Positions 63,845 through 64,000 of a stretch of DNA of 64,000 bases are shown here, in pieces. This DNA comes from a virus. Lineage: Duplodnaviria; Caudoviricetes. Each line of letters opens with the position of its first letter. The first letter of the stretch is position 1. A program made the position numbers and the translations under genes. Below the pieces are notes generated by a model that saw nothing but the letters and a program-made list of their open reading frames with translations, was not told the origin of the DNA and made no database searches. Where the stretch lies: the IMG/VR virus record IMGVR_UViG_3300021133_000001, positions 76,181-140,180 of that record; one strand, given 5' to 3'.

Positions 63845-64000
63845 TGGTGGACCTGCCGGGAGTTGAACCCGGGTGTTCTATACCGTTCCTATCAGTTTCT
63901 ACAAGCTTAGCACTATTAAATAAAATGCATATCCATAGTGCTGATATACAAGTTGTTTGGTAGTGTTCCTGCTATTCTACTACCATTGAATAGTCAGTCT
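63845..64000 (-). ncRNA. ssrA: tmRNA, 3' portion (5' part lies beyond the window)
   Basis: Minus strand ends ...CTAAGCTTGTAG...CACCCGGGTTCAACTCCCGGCAGGTCCACCA: T-arm, acceptor 3' strand CAGGUCC with U70 and discriminator A73 (Ala identity), encoded CCA. No matching 5' acceptor strand at tRNA distance. Upstream stems GGTAGT/ACTACC and AGCACTAT/ATAGTGCT fit pseudoknot regions. Confidence 0.85.

Noticed and set aside
63845-63930. Ordinary tRNA gene
   Set aside because: No complementary 5' acceptor strand or D/anticodon arms at 70-90 nt from the CCA end; features fit tmRNA.
1-64000. Stop-codon reassignment, as in some large phages
   Set aside because: Genes are full length and densely packed in the standard code; TAG (e.g. 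50247-50249) and TGA (60504-60506) end genes at sensible positions.

Overview
An AT-rich 64 kb piece of a large myovirus genome with T4-like architecture, read in the standard genetic code. Bases ~38-60 kb hold a head-tail morphogenesis block: gp14-like neck, terminase large subunit, gp3-like tail terminator, tail sheath, four tail-tube-fold genes, gp26-like hubs, tape measure, and gp53-, gp27- and gp5-like baseplate genes. Bases 1-38 kb form a minus-strand island of fibre and adhesin genes. Seven fibre genes carry Gly-X-Y triplet tracts of two kinds: proline-poor GAQ/GAT/GST, and a charge-free G-[F/Y/W/I]-S type. Five of them end in S74 intramolecular chaperones, and they share shuffled globular domains. 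Modifying enzymes are embedded among the fibres: a DxH glycosyltransferase resembling polypeptide GalNAc-transferases beside a poly-Thr adhesin, a flavin-dependent halogenase with a 2OG-Fe(II) oxygenase, and a tightly coupled cassette of two paralogous Kelch-like propellers, two unknown genes, a U32 Fe-S/methyltransferase fusion and a membrane transporter. The best candidate for an undescribed system is this cassette, possibly part of a phage-encoded pathway that chemically decorates virion fibres (inference). The right end carries an outer-membrane beta-barrel, a GT11-like transferase, a Twitch/SPASM radical SAM protein and the 3' part of a tmRNA. A TAARTA late-promoter-like motif sits just upstream of about 20 start codons that lack Shine-Dalgarno sites. 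All family calls come from motif recognition by eye, not database searches.
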